A stretch of DNA of 61,180 nucleotides from a virus. The stretch is taken from positions 1 through 61,180 of IMG/VR virus record IMGVR_UViG_3300023099_000001, one strand, 5' to 3'. The notes beneath the pieces were generated by a model. That model was given only the letters and a program-made list of their open reading frames with translations, did not search any database and was not told the DNA's origin. Below, piece after piece: positions 41,346 through 50,110 of this stretch (position 1 is its first letter; every line of letters begins with the position of its first letter). A program made the position numbers and the translations under genes.

Positions 41346-41417
41346 GGTAGTGTGCGTGAGTGGCTAGCGCGCTGATTGCAAACCAGTTGTACGCCTGTTC
41401 GAATCAGGTCACTACCT
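41346..41417 (+). tRNA. tRNA-Cys(GCA)
   Basis: GGTAGTG/CACTACC; U73; loop TTGCAAA; T arm GCCTG-TTCGAAT-CAGGT. Confidence 0.75.
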
Positions 41418-41436
41418 CTTGATAATTTAATAGCAA

Positions 41437-41508
41437 GCCTCTATAGCTCAATGGAAGAGCAACGGTTTTCTAGGCCATAGGTTGCGGGTTCGAATCCTGC
41501 TAGGGGTA
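41437..41508 (+). tRNA. tRNA-Arg(TCT)
   Basis: GCCTCTA/TAGGGGT; loop TTTCTAG; T arm GCGGG-TTCGAAT-CCTGC. Confidence 0.7.
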
Positions 41509-41566
41509 CTGGGTGCTACCTATGGCGGTAGTTAAATGTCGGCATCGTCCCTACAGCCCTTATTAA

Positions 41567-41640
41567 AGCCGTTTAGCTCAGTAGGTTAGAGCGCTGTGCT
41601 GATAACACAGAGGTCCGCAGTTCAAATCTGCGAATGGCTA
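41567..41640 (+). tRNA. tRNA-Ile(GAT)
   Basis: AGCCGTT/AATGGCT; stem CTGTG/CACAG; loop CTGATAA; T arm CGCAG-TTCAAAT-CTGCG. Confidence 0.8.
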
Positions 41641-41648
41641 CGTTATGG

Positions 41649-41692
41649 CCCGCAAGCTCGGTGAGCTAACTGCCACCACTTGCGGGTTTTTT
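41649..41692 (+). terminator. rho-independent terminator closing the tRNA array
   Basis: CCCGCAAG...CTTGCGGG followed by TTTTTT. Confidence 0.8.
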
Positions 41693-41750
41693 ACTTTGCA
41701 AAATCAAAATGGTAGAATGATAACAAGAACATAACTTTCTACTAGAGGAC

Positions 41751-42008
41751 TTGATTTTGAACGAACACGATGCTAACCAACCGGTGTGGTTCACCGCGCG
41801 TGTAGCCGACAAAAATGCCGGTTACTTTGAAGCTGTGCCTATTGGTACAGACCCGGTAACCGGCATGATTGATTATAGAATTACAATTGACGAAGAAGTT
41901 TTTATTGTAGGGCATCATCCCGATAAGTCAGTATGGTTCCTACTTTACCGCGCATTAGAAGCATCACTATTCGGCCAAGTTGACGACGAAATTTCACCCG
42001 AAGTCTAA
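41751..42008 (+). CDS. hypothetical protein (85 aa, TTG start); last rightward gene
   Basis: ORF track. AGAGGA RBS. TGgTAGAAT extended -10 at 41710-41718. Confidence 0.5.
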   Translation: MILNEHDANQPVWFTARVADKNAGYFEAVPIGTDPVTGMIDYRITIDEEVFIVGHHPDKSVWFLLYRALEASLFGQVDDEISPEV

Positions 42009-42119
42009 GCATGTTTGCATTCCTTACAGCCGCACACCAGTGCAGCTTGATCTGATTGTCGAATCGTTTCTTTGTTGCAAAGCTCGTGTGTTTCTGATAT
42101 GCAGTAACCGCAAGGCTGA

Positions 42120-42410
42120 TTACGTTTGATTCTTTCGCTCATCTAATAAGTTCTCGTTCTCTTCTCTCAGCCTTGCGATAGTTGACCGGGCTTCGTCCAT
42201 CATCTGAAACGCCATAGGTAACAACAGGACTAACCTTACCATTTTCTCTTCGGTAGTCCCGCTCTCTTCGAGAATCCCGAATGTATTGCCGCGTAGGACC
42301 TCGAATGCCTTGTCGTTTTCTGACATGGAAGCTACCTCTGTTGACTCTACAGGGATATACTTCATAATTTCTTGGCTTAGCGCCTCTAGCGGCGGCTTCT
42401 CTGCTGTCAT
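42120..42410 (-). CDS. hypothetical protein (96 aa)
   Basis: ORF track; last gene of the leftward arm. Confidence 0.55.
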   Translation of the reverse strand: MTAEKPPLEALSQEIMKYIPVESTEVASMSENDKAFEVLRGNTFGILEESGTTEEKMVRLVLLLPMAFQMMDEARSTIARLREENENLLDERKNQT

Positions 42411-42422
42411 AAGATTTTTTGG

Positions 42423-42668
42423 CTACACCTTCGTGGCTAAAGCAGCAACTGTTTGCGAACTTTCCTGAGACTTTAAGCGTTTTATTTCTCGCTGTAGGTA
42501 CCATTGGGCCTTTTCCAAGTCTTCTATTTCTGTGTCAGGATTTTTTACGCCAGCCCTTGACACATATTTTACAACGTTTCCTCTGTTGTAGTTGAGTTGT
42601 TCGGCTAAGTCTATGACCTCTATGCCCTGAAATCTAGTGTAATGTTTAGGGTTTATTGCGTCAGACAT
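42423..42668 (-). CDS. DUF3310-family protein
   Basis: NPKHYTRFQGIEVIDLAEQLNYNRGNVVKYVSRAGVKNP...DLEKAQWYL matches my recollection of the DUF3310 signature. Confidence 0.7.
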   Translation of the reverse strand: MSDAINPKHYTRFQGIEVIDLAEQLNYNRGNVVKYVSRAGVKNPDTEIEDLEKAQWYLQREIKRLKSQESSQTVAALATKV

Positions 42669-42990
42669 TCATACCAGCTTCCTGTAGGGCGAGGATGGCG
42701 CGAGCTAGACATATTTCAGCGCCGTCAGAATGCTTGTGGTTGAACGTCACATGCGGCGTTGTAATATACTTGTGTATCTGTGCGCTGCCCATAAAGTTTA
42801 GGCCTTCTACGGTTTCGTACTCTACCATGTCAGGAGCTACGCGAGCAGCATAATATGTCATGGTGTCGTTGGGGCTGTTTTGTATTTCGTTTCTCCAAAT
42901 ATAAATGTCAGAGATATGTCCGTTGGTTACTCCACTGTCGTATGTAAGCCCTAATTTCATGCGTAGCGCGCCCATTTTAGCGGTACCCAT
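42661..42990 (-). CDS. hypothetical protein (109 aa)
   Basis: ORF track. Confidence 0.55.
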   Translation of the reverse strand: MGTAKMGALRMKLGLTYDSGVTNGHISDIYIWRNEIQNSPNDTMTYYAARVAPDMVEYETVEGLNFMGSAQIHKYITTPHVTFNHKHSDGAEICLARAILALQEAGMNV

Positions 42991-43144
42991 AGTCTTCCTC
43001 TTGCTTGACTTGTTGCTCTATTTCTCCGGTAGTACGAGTATCTGGGTGGAAAATGTCGTACCAAATCGTGTATCCGATAAAGATAAACACCACCAGCATA
43101 AAAAGACTATAAACAACCCACCCAATGATACTAAATATGTTCAT
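42977..43144 (-). CDS. small membrane protein (55 aa)
   Basis: Hand translation MNIFSIIGWVVYSLFMLVVFIFIGYTIWYDIF... Confidence 0.45.
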   Translation of the reverse strand: MNIFSIIGWVVYSLFMLVVFIFIGYTIWYDIFHPDTRTTGEIEQQVKQEEDYGYR

Positions 43145-43145
43145 T

Positions 43146-43301
43146 TTAGTCCTCGTACCATCTTCCGATATAGTAATGTCTGTAGCTTATGATAACGGAT
43201 AACTGCCAGCCCGCGTTACCCATCATCTTAGAACCCCTAAGAAAGTAAGGCGCGTGCCACTTGGTATTAAATGTTTTGTAACTGCCAATGTGAAACTTCA
43301 T
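43146..43301 (-). CDS. small ORF (51 aa)
   Basis: Hand translation MKFHIGSYKTFNTKWHAPYFLRGSKMMGNAGWQL...; abuts the HNH stop. Confidence 0.4.
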   Translation of the reverse strand: MKFHIGSYKTFNTKWHAPYFLRGSKMMGNAGWQLSVIISYRHYYIGRWYED

Positions 43302-43703
43302 TTATTCTCCATAGAATTCTAATAACTCTTTAGCCCACGATATCTTATCTGACACGCGCTGTCCAGCAGGTTGTGAAGTAGGCCATAATTCAAGATTGGA
43401 CAATCTATTATCAAGCTTGTCCCCGTTTATGTGGTGTACATTTTCTCCGGGCAGCAACTTACGCCCCAAATGGCGCTCCATAACTAGTCTATGTTGCATG
43501 GCACGCCTACCGGTCTCGGTCATTTCTAATACGTAACCCTTGGAAATAACTGTATGACCTATTGGCGCTTTCACTCTAGCTTTAGAGGGCAATGCGACTT
43601 GCTCAAACGTCCCTAATTCAATTAAATAGTAGCGACACTTGCCGCAAATTCCTCTTGCTGTATGTTCTTTTACTATGCCACAATTTACACATTTAGTCTT
43701 CAT
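43302..43703 (-). CDS. HNH endonuclease
   Basis: N-terminal CxxC...CxxC and [17 protein letters not shown]. Confidence 0.85.
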   Translation of the reverse strand: MKTKCVNCGIVKEHTARGICGKCRYYLIELGTFEQVALPSKARVKAPIGHTVISKGYVLEMTETGRRAMQHRLVMERHLGRKLLPGENVHHINGDKLDNRLSNLELWPTSQPAGQRVSDKISWAKELLEFYGE

Positions 43704-44160
43704 GCTCAGGCCAATACGCTTTAGCTGTTGGTAGGTGGTTAAGTTTTCCCCAAGCTAATGCGTGCATCCTAGCATCCATCTGATGACGCTGGCCGGGTAT
43801 CCAGAAACCATGCTCTCTAAGGGCACTGTCGCCCACTAGGCTCTTCTTAGTGTTGCGCTGGTAGGTGACTGTACCCTCACCCAGTAAGGCCGTTAGAGCG
43901 CCTTCTATGCGTACCGGTGTGAGGTCGGGTTGCTTAGTTCGACCGTCTAAAACGAAGCTCTCAGAGACAATAGTAAACTGGTCCCACTCCCACGGCTCTA
44001 GCTGGTTTAGTTCCTGCGCCTTAATAAAATTTACGACACCGACCACGCCGTTAGGTATTTGACCGCCCGCGACAAATGTCATAGGCTCGCTGTCCGAATA
44101 CTGCGCGATTGACCAACCTGTCGTACCACCGGGATCAAAAGCTAACACATATTTAGTCAT
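43693..44160 (-). CDS. RuvC-like Holliday junction resolvase
   Basis: [14 protein letters not shown]-terminal catalytic motif; 155 aa. Confidence 0.7.
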   Translation of the reverse strand: MTKYVLAFDPGGTTGWSIAQYSDSEPMTFVAGGQIPNGVVGVVNFIKAQELNQLEPWEWDQFTIVSESFVLDGRTKQPDLTPVRIEGALTALLGEGTVTYQRNTKKSLVGDSALREHGFWIPGQRHQMDARMHALAWGKLNHLPTAKAYWPEHED

Positions 44161-44458
44161 TGTCTAGCACCAACACTTCCGCGTAGTAAGGTATTGTATC
44201 TGGAATGTCAGAAGGGTTGTACCAGTAGCTAGGATACTTACCATTACGGCCTTTGACATGCTTAGTCTTGCTGTACATGCCAACAATTCTGACACCACCA
44301 TTTTCTTTGTGCATAATAGTTCTGGGAATTATATACCACCTATGCAGCTTAGCGTTGGCGCGAAACGTACCATCACTGTTGCTGTACTTAAACTCGGTAT
44401 AAATTTGACGACCTATATGAAGGCCGTTTAGTTCTATCGCTTTCATTTCTGGTACCAA
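44153..44458 (-). CDS. small protein, IELNG-family paralog
   Basis: KAIELNGLHIGRQIYTEFKY resembles the N-termini of 53227-53463 and 53460-53681. Confidence 0.55.
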   Translation of the reverse strand: MVPEMKAIELNGLHIGRQIYTEFKYSNSDGTFRANAKLHRWYIIPRTIMHKENGGVRIVGMYSKTKHVKGRNGKYPSYWYNPSDIPDTIPYYAEVLVLDND

Positions 44459-44727
44459 CTTTCTTTTGCCGCCTTTAGTTTAGCTGTGAGCACTGGCTGA
44501 GCACCTACCTTTGTGGAAAAGTCTCCCTGAAAACCGGCTTCACATTCTAGGCTGTGTAGTCTGACATCATCTACAAGTACGATATCTGCATCAGCAATTC
44601 GCCACACAGTGCCAGAGCTTATTACGTTAACTTTGTTGCCTTCTGGATCGCTAAAACTTTCGGACCAAAAAACAAGATCACCAACCCTAAACACTGTAGG
44701 TACTCGGCTCATAGCAAATCTCCCCAA
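44443..44727 (-). CDS. hypothetical protein (94 aa)
   Basis: ORF track. Confidence 0.55.
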   Translation of the reverse strand: MGRFAMSRVPTVFRVGDLVFWSESFSDPEGNKVNVISSGTVWRIADADIVLVDDVRLHSLECEAGFQGDFSTKVGAQPVLTAKLKAAKESWYQK

Positions 44728-45482
44728 CTACGTCCGTACGAAAATTCGCTCAGGTACGGCACTTTGTCACCGAACACGGCTTCTCCGGTCAGTCTAAACT
44801 CCGATTGTATACGCTTACCTATGATATCCGCAAGTGTCCATGCCGCAGGATCAGCACCCGGAATTTCCACGAGGATAGCGTCATGCACAAGGGCCACGAT
44901 GTGCGCGCCTTGCTCTTTAATCCACGGGTGAACTCTTATAGCGGTTACCAAACAAATGTCAGAGCTAATCGCCTGCGGCATAAAAGACAACGCTTCGCGC
45001 TCGATGTTACCCTTGTTTTTGTGTGTAATGATTTCGCTTTGAAAACGCCGACCAAATGGTGTAAGTAGGTATTGATCACGGAGAGTTTCGTCTGTTGCAG
45101 CGCGCTTGACATTCACACGCCATTCAGCAAATTTCTCTGCTGTTGTCAAGTAGTTGTCAATAATAGCTTGCGCCTCGCGGACAGTGATGCCAAGCTCTAC
45201 TGCAATTGCTTTAGCTTCGCGGCCAAACGCTAGTCCGTACTGCACAGTCTTTACTTTGACGCGGAATTCTTTCTTAGCCGTCTTGTCAATGTTGTGCACG
45301 TCAACATTAGGGAAACAAATGGGCATCATGTAATTGTCGAAGAAATCCCCGGCACCTTCGCGTAAGGCGTTCAGCATCCAAGGGTCGTCAGATAGTGCCG
45401 CCATTGTTCGTAGTTCCGCTTGGCTGAGGTCTACTTGTAAGAGCGTCACGTCTTGCCTGCTTTCTTTCCTTGTCTGGATCAC
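44709..45482 (-). CDS. DNA polymerase I (family A), C-terminal fragment (motifs A, B, C)
   Basis: GTG start preceded by a stop. VDLSQAELRTMAALS (motif A), KTVQYGLAFG (motif B), VALVHDAILVE (motif C). Confidence 0.85.
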   Translation of the reverse strand: MIQTRKESRQDVTLLQVDLSQAELRTMAALSDDPWMLNALREGAGDFFDNYMMPICFPNVDVHNIDKTAKKEFRVKVKTVQYGLAFGREAKAIAVELGITVREAQAIIDNYLTTAEKFAEWRVNVKRAATDETLRDQYLLTPFGRRFQSEIITHKNKGNIEREALSFMPQAISSDICLVTAIRVHPWIKEQGAHIVALVHDAILVEIPGADPAAWTLADIIGKRIQSEFRLTGEAVFGDKVPYLSEFSYGRSWGDLL

Positions 45483-45744
45483 GAGTTATATAAGTGTTTG
45501 CAAGGTCTTGCGCGTGGTGAGGGAATGTATTTGTAGTATTCCAGCGCCCACCGGGAGTATAGTTCTGTATATAACGAATAGTTCTTTGCGCACTATAACC
45601 TACCAATCTCCACTCTTCTAGCAGTATACCCAGCACTTTAATTTTGTGCTTTTGGCGTTTGATTTTAGCGCGCAGGCGTAAGATTTCTTCTGCCATTTGA
45701 AGTTCAAGCTCGGTAGGATTACGAGGTATCAAGTCATCCACCAT
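45388..45744 (-). CDS. hypothetical protein within the polymerase split (118 aa from ATG 45744)
   Basis: ATG overlaps the stop of 45734-46093 (ATGGTGGATGA). Coiled-coil-like; the 3' end overlaps the polymerase C-fragment. Confidence 0.45.
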   Translation of the reverse strand: MVDDLIPRNPTELELQMAEEILRLRAKIKRQKHKIKVLGILLEEWRLVGYSAQRTIRYIQNYTPGGRWNTTNTFPHHAQDLANTYITRDPDKERKQARRDALTSRPQPSGTTNNGGTI

Positions 45745-46093
45745 CAGGTAATACAACTCCCGTACCGTTTTCGTGACGGTTACCGTCACTGTCATACCAG
45801 ATAATAGTGTTGTGGTCTGTCGGACCCATGTCTGGGTAAATTGTCTTCCAAAACTCTGCGTTCACTGCGGGATCATTGCTGTGTGAGCAGGGAAATCTGT
45901 GGTTGACTGCGCCGGGACAGCGTTTGTTGCCGCACTCAGGGCATAGTGTCATCCATGACCCGCCTTGCATAAACGCTTCGAAAGGGTCAGCAGGCCGCAC
46001 CCACGGCACTTCAGGATCACGCCACGGTGGGCCGCATTTACTGCATGTACACATGTCGAACGGCGTTACTTTGTTTGGATTAATGTCAGCCAT
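45734..46093 (-). CDS. Cys-rich (zinc-finger-like) protein within the polymerase split (119 aa)
   Basis: CTCSKCGPPW...LCPECGNKRCPGAVNHRFPCSH. The ATG lies 3 nt after, and in frame with, the TAG of the polymerase N-fragment. Confidence 0.55.
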   Translation of the reverse strand: MADINPNKVTPFDMCTCSKCGPPWRDPEVPWVRPADPFEAFMQGGSWMTLCPECGNKRCPGAVNHRFPCSHSNDPAVNAEFWKTIYPDMGPTDHNTIIWYDSDGNRHENGTGVVLPDGG

Positions 46094-46096
46094 AAT

Positions 46097-47452
46097 CTAT
46101 CCTATGTAAATCGAGCGAAATTTTGCGTCGCGGGGAATGTTTTGTATGTTCGGGCCTGAGCTTGACAACCTGCCTGTACTCGTACCGTGTACAAGAAATG
46201 TTGTATGCACTCTGCCTTTGCGGGCTTTGTTCAGTGCGCCTGTCACATAGGTAGAGAGTGCTTTACTTACCCCTCTGTACTCTAACAGTAAATCAATGAA
46301 TACAACAACAGGGTGAGTAGACGAAAAGTTGGCCCTATACTTTGTCAAATGTTTTTCATCTGTACTGTCCGTGTAAGCGGTACCAGAGAATGAAGTCAGA
46401 ACAGTTTGGACTTGCTGCCATGAACCGGGATTAAATAGCTTGTTTGTTTTGAACACAACGCCGCTAGTAAGCGTCTGAAGTTTAGAAAGTAGGTCGTCTA
46501 CTTCAAATGCCATATCGTTTTCAAGATTCTGCGTATAAGGCACATCAATAGCGAAACCGAACTGCTCCACATCCAGCAGGAAATCTGCGGCCTTCATTTC
46601 CAGTAGGAAAGCTTTCTGCGCTTCATCATCAGCGAAGATAAGCGGCTCAAGATACTTCCAAAGCTCATACGTCCAGTACACATCCCACATGTTGTACTCA
46701 TTCAGGATGTGTGCGGGCACGTTCTCGTAGTAGGCACCGCCTACCGTCCATTTAGACAGGTCAGCTTCCCACTCGGGGGCACCCAAATACATTCTGCACA
46801 GTGGCTTGAGCTTGTGAAGTCCTGCGGCTTGGTTGAGTACGTGGTGCGCAAGCATGGTGTCGAAAAAGTTTGGCATTCTAACGCCAGTGCGTGCTTCTAT
46901 TACACGGATATCGAACTTACCATTATGCCAAATAGGGTACTTGATTTTACGTAGCCACTGTTTAACAGCGGCCATTTCTAGGGGCGTTCTGAAATCCCAG
47001 CACGCCCACATACCCTCTTGATAGAAGCTGATCGAGAGAATGTCAACTTGTTCAGGCGTGTGCTTTTTATCAAGGTCACCAGCAGTCTCAATGTCTACTG
47101 CAATTGGCTTGTCAAGGTCAAACCTGTCTAAGCCACCCTGAATAACTCTGGTAGGGTGAACCTTTTGGGGTAGATAAAACTGGTTCAGGGCGGCTTTCAG
47201 GACGCTTACAGCATTGGCTTTTGTACATATTTGCGCAAGGCTGTAAGTGTGGACAAGCTGGCTGCCTGTTTGTATGGCATTTAAGGCAATTCTACCCATA
47301 GGATCAACTATAGTACCAAAGATTAAAACTCTGGGTTCGTGAATACCACTAAACGAGGCGTAGTTTTTGGGGTCTAGGTTATGAATTCTAAAGGTGTTCG
47401 GCGGGTATTGGTCGATGACACCTTTGATAATATCAAAAGCATCCTGAGTCAT
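46097..47452 (-). CDS. DNA polymerase I (family A), N-terminal fragment (3'-5' exonuclease, thumb, motif 2a; start at ATG 47452)
   Basis: IAVDIETAG (Exo I); HNGKFDIRV; TGRLSSSGPNIQNIPRDAKFRSIYIG then TAG. Confidence 0.85.
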   Translation of the reverse strand: MTQDAFDIIKGVIDQYPPNTFRIHNLDPKNYASFSGIHEPRVLIFGTIVDPMGRIALNAIQTGSQLVHTYSLAQICTKANAVSVLKAALNQFYLPQKVHPTRVIQGGLDRFDLDKPIAVDIETAGDLDKKHTPEQVDILSISFYQEGMWACWDFRTPLEMAAVKQWLRKIKYPIWHNGKFDIRVIEARTGVRMPNFFDTMLAHHVLNQAAGLHKLKPLCRMYLGAPEWEADLSKWTVGGAYYENVPAHILNEYNMWDVYWTYELWKYLEPLIFADDEAQKAFLLEMKAADFLLDVEQFGFAIDVPYTQNLENDMAFEVDDLLSKLQTLTSGVVFKTNKLFNPGSWQQVQTVLTSFSGTAYTDSTDEKHLTKYRANFSSTHPVVVFIDLLLEYRGVSKALSTYVTGALNKARKGRVHTTFLVHGTSTGRLSSSGPNIQNIPRDAKFRSIYIG

Positions 47453-47459
47453 GGGTTGC

Positions 47460-47879
47460 TCAGAGTAAATCGGTACCTGTATAACCACTGAGACTCCTAG
47501 AAATTTGTGAAAGCGTAAGACCTGTAAACTTAGCAACAATTCTACGTGAGTTACCGTCAAGAATTGCGCCATGCAGCAGGTGAACATTGATAGGTCGCCC
47601 GTTGTTTAAGTTTAGTCGTAGCTGCAACAAGGTGTCAAGGCTCTTCGGGTTAAACTTTCCGGTACCTTTGCGTGGCATTTCAATGCCAAAACCTCTGATG
47701 GTACTGGCAGACCAACCTGACAGTTGCACCAGATGACCTGTGCTGAACAGTCCCCACTCGTTCAGCGACACTAACGCTTCGTAACGTTGCTGCTTTGACA
47801 TAAATTTGCTGCGTTCGTAAAGGTATTTTGCCTCTGTCATTGCCTTTACATAATCAGCATTACTCAGTTGTACCTGCAA
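47460..47879 (-). CDS. putative DNA-binding protein (139 aa)
   Basis: ORF track; HTH-like segments. Confidence 0.5.
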   Translation of the reverse strand: MQVQLSNADYVKAMTEAKYLYERSKFMSKQQRYEALVSLNEWGLFSTGHLVQLSGWSASTIRGFGIEMPRKGTGKFNPKSLDTLLQLRLNLNNGRPINVHLLHGAILDGNSRRIVAKFTGLTLSQISRSLSGYTGTDLL

Positions 47880-50076
47880 AATTTATCTCCAAGGTTCTAG
47901 CAACAGGTCCAGTTTTACGCTGAATGATTCTACCCATGTCTTCAAGTCCGTCAGCAAGCTCAAGGAACTCTTTCGGGCGCTTGTCATCGAACTGCTTGTA
48001 TGCAAGCTCGTAACTAACCTTGCCGCCTTTTTGAAGAATGAACTTCTCAAGCTTGGTAAGGTCAGCTTGCCAAGCGGACTCAGAAATCATGGCAGCGATC
48101 TTCTGTAAATCATCGTACCAATCTTCCGCCAAGTCAATAGCCGACAATACATCATCAAGCTCAATGTTTTGACGCTTGTCATCCATAGCAAACAGTGCAG
48201 CAGTCTTTGCCACACTAATGACAAGACGCTCAATTGGTCCTTTGAGAGTTTCAAAGCGTGAGCTTGTCATAATCATTTTCTTCACAGCGAAACTGAATTC
48301 GTTCAACCGGGCCAAGGCCGGGTCGCTGAATCTAATAGGTGTTGTCTGGCTGCGGTTACCTCGCATACCCCAGAAATTACGCACCACTGCAAGGTGCTGC
48401 ACTAGACTCTCCCGCACGGGGTCAACATAACCTGCTGTTGTAGCTCCGCTTTGTTTCAGCGGATCATTCTGGGGCTCATACGGGCGCGGCTCAACCAGCG
48501 TGTACAAGAATCGTGTAAGGAACCCCGACTCGAAGTGCTTAATTGTCAGAGCTTCCGCAACGTGCGTAACAATACCGGTTAGATACATTTGAAAGTTAAC
48601 TGGCACAGATTTGATAACCTGTTTGTCACCAGTGCTGCGTAATGTACCGCGAGATTTACCGGAGTAAAGCTGCGTCCAGTAACCTACAAGACCCGTAAGA
48701 TAACCCTGTGAAAATACTTCACGGAATACGTCTTGGACTTCGTCAGCGTGCAGCAGTGATGACTGGTGCGGGCGCTCAGATAGCGCCTTGTTCAGACCTT
48801 GCTGCGTTACATCAGAGCCAATGTCGTAAGTGTAATCTGGTGTCTCAAGTGACTCAAGAATACCTGTCATGTATTTGAGCGCAGTAGTTTTACGGTCAAC
48901 TGTTGTATTACCCAACAGCATTACCCAAACAGCAAGGTTTGTTTCTTCAAAGTCAAACGGGATATGTCCGTACTCTGCATACACACATGACATAAGCATA
49001 AGGGCAGCCATGCGGTGATACTTAGCAGGACTAGTTGTGTGGCTGGTTGCCCATGCCTCGTATTTGTCAATGAATGTGACTGGCAAAGACGCGCGCTCTT
49101 CTGCTGTAAGAAAGTCGGCAGGAATGATTGTCTCGTAGATGTTGATAAGAGCATCACCGTCAAGCGAGGATGCTGCCTGAGCCGCTAAATCTACCGGCCT
49201 GCCATCGTCTACAGGCGGCTGATTTTCGGGGTCAACTTCGGCGTTGAGAATTTCTTTCCAAAGATGCTCTTGCGGACGATTCTCTTGCTTGTATTTACAG
49301 CAAGGGGCATCCCACACGAGTACCAAAACCTCTTCAGCACTGAACCCATAGCGGAACAGTTCACTTTCGAGCTTGTATCGCATTTCCGAACGGCGACCGG
49401 GGATTGGCTCGTCAAAAAGCAGGTTGCGTAACGTGCGGTCGTCAGAAATTTTATCGAGCAGGGTTGCTCTGTCAGGTAGTTTCGCTGTGTCAAGCGGCTT
49501 ATCTGTGCCGTACACTTTTTCGGGTACATCTGTTGCTGGGTAGGCGGCTTCGAGTTCTGCTAACGAGTAGATAGCAGTGCCGTCAACAACTACTGTGACC
49601 CTGAAGTTGTCGCGGTTAGTGTTAAGACTACCGGGCACACGTAGCATCTTAGCTGCGTGACCAAAGTTTCTATCTAGTCCCTCGTCTTTGTGTGCCCAAT
49701 GGACACGACGATTGAGTAGTGCAATAGTATGCGGGTTATAATCCCCGTCAAGAAACCAATAATTGTGTGTACGACCTTCGGCTGTTTGGACTGTGAGACT
49801 AGGTACAATCTTATAAGCATTGAAATCAAAAACGTCTGAGTCCGCGTAAGCCACGCTTGTTGTTTTGGCATAAATCTTCTCACGTTTCGGCTGGCTGAAC
49901 AGCACAGGACTGAAGTAGACTTGCTGGTTGACACCGTTGGTGTCAGCATAGCGTACCATATCGTCAAGCTGCACAGGGTAGCTGAAGAATGTTCCCTTGC
50001 TTGACAGGTCAGTGGTTAGGACAGCGTAACCCTCGCCAGCACCGAAGATGCTTTCAAAGAATTCGCGTGTCTGCAT
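47860..50076 (-). CDS. DNA primase/polymerase-helicase (AEP prim-pol N-domain plus DUF3987/D5-like C-domain, putative)
   Basis: 738 aa; SVAYADSDVFD and THNYWF resemble AEP motifs; position next to the polymerase. Confidence 0.65.
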   Translation of the reverse strand: MQTREFFESIFGAGEGYAVLTTDLSSKGTFFSYPVQLDDMVRYADTNGVNQQVYFSPVLFSQPKREKIYAKTTSVAYADSDVFDFNAYKIVPSLTVQTAEGRTHNYWFLDGDYNPHTIALLNRRVHWAHKDEGLDRNFGHAAKMLRVPGSLNTNRDNFRVTVVVDGTAIYSLAELEAAYPATDVPEKVYGTDKPLDTAKLPDRATLLDKISDDRTLRNLLFDEPIPGRRSEMRYKLESELFRYGFSAEEVLVLVWDAPCCKYKQENRPQEHLWKEILNAEVDPENQPPVDDGRPVDLAAQAASSLDGDALINIYETIIPADFLTAEERASLPVTFIDKYEAWATSHTTSPAKYHRMAALMLMSCVYAEYGHIPFDFEETNLAVWVMLLGNTTVDRKTTALKYMTGILESLETPDYTYDIGSDVTQQGLNKALSERPHQSSLLHADEVQDVFREVFSQGYLTGLVGYWTQLYSGKSRGTLRSTGDKQVIKSVPVNFQMYLTGIVTHVAEALTIKHFESGFLTRFLYTLVEPRPYEPQNDPLKQSGATTAGYVDPVRESLVQHLAVVRNFWGMRGNRSQTTPIRFSDPALARLNEFSFAVKKMIMTSSRFETLKGPIERLVISVAKTAALFAMDDKRQNIELDDVLSAIDLAEDWYDDLQKIAAMISESAWQADLTKLEKFILQKGGKVSYELAYKQFDDKRPKEFLELADGLEDMGRIIQRKTGPVARTLEINFAGTTE

Positions 50077-50110
50077 AACCTACCCTTAGCTTGAATTATA
50101 AATGTCTATG

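Noticed and set aside
45483-46096. Intein interrupting the polymerase
   Set aside because: The insertion is bounded by stop codons and contains two separately framed ORFs. No Cys/Ser...HN-Cys splice junction residues are present.
46093-46099. TAG stop of the polymerase N-fragment, in frame with the next ORF, as evidence of TAG recoding or a suppressor system
   Set aside because: TAG terminates many well-defined genes here (14476, 15104, 19565, 24444, 26726, 36803). No CUA-anticodon tRNA was found in the array. In-frame placement has a one-in-three chance. It is kept only as a minor possibility under the split-polymerase finding.
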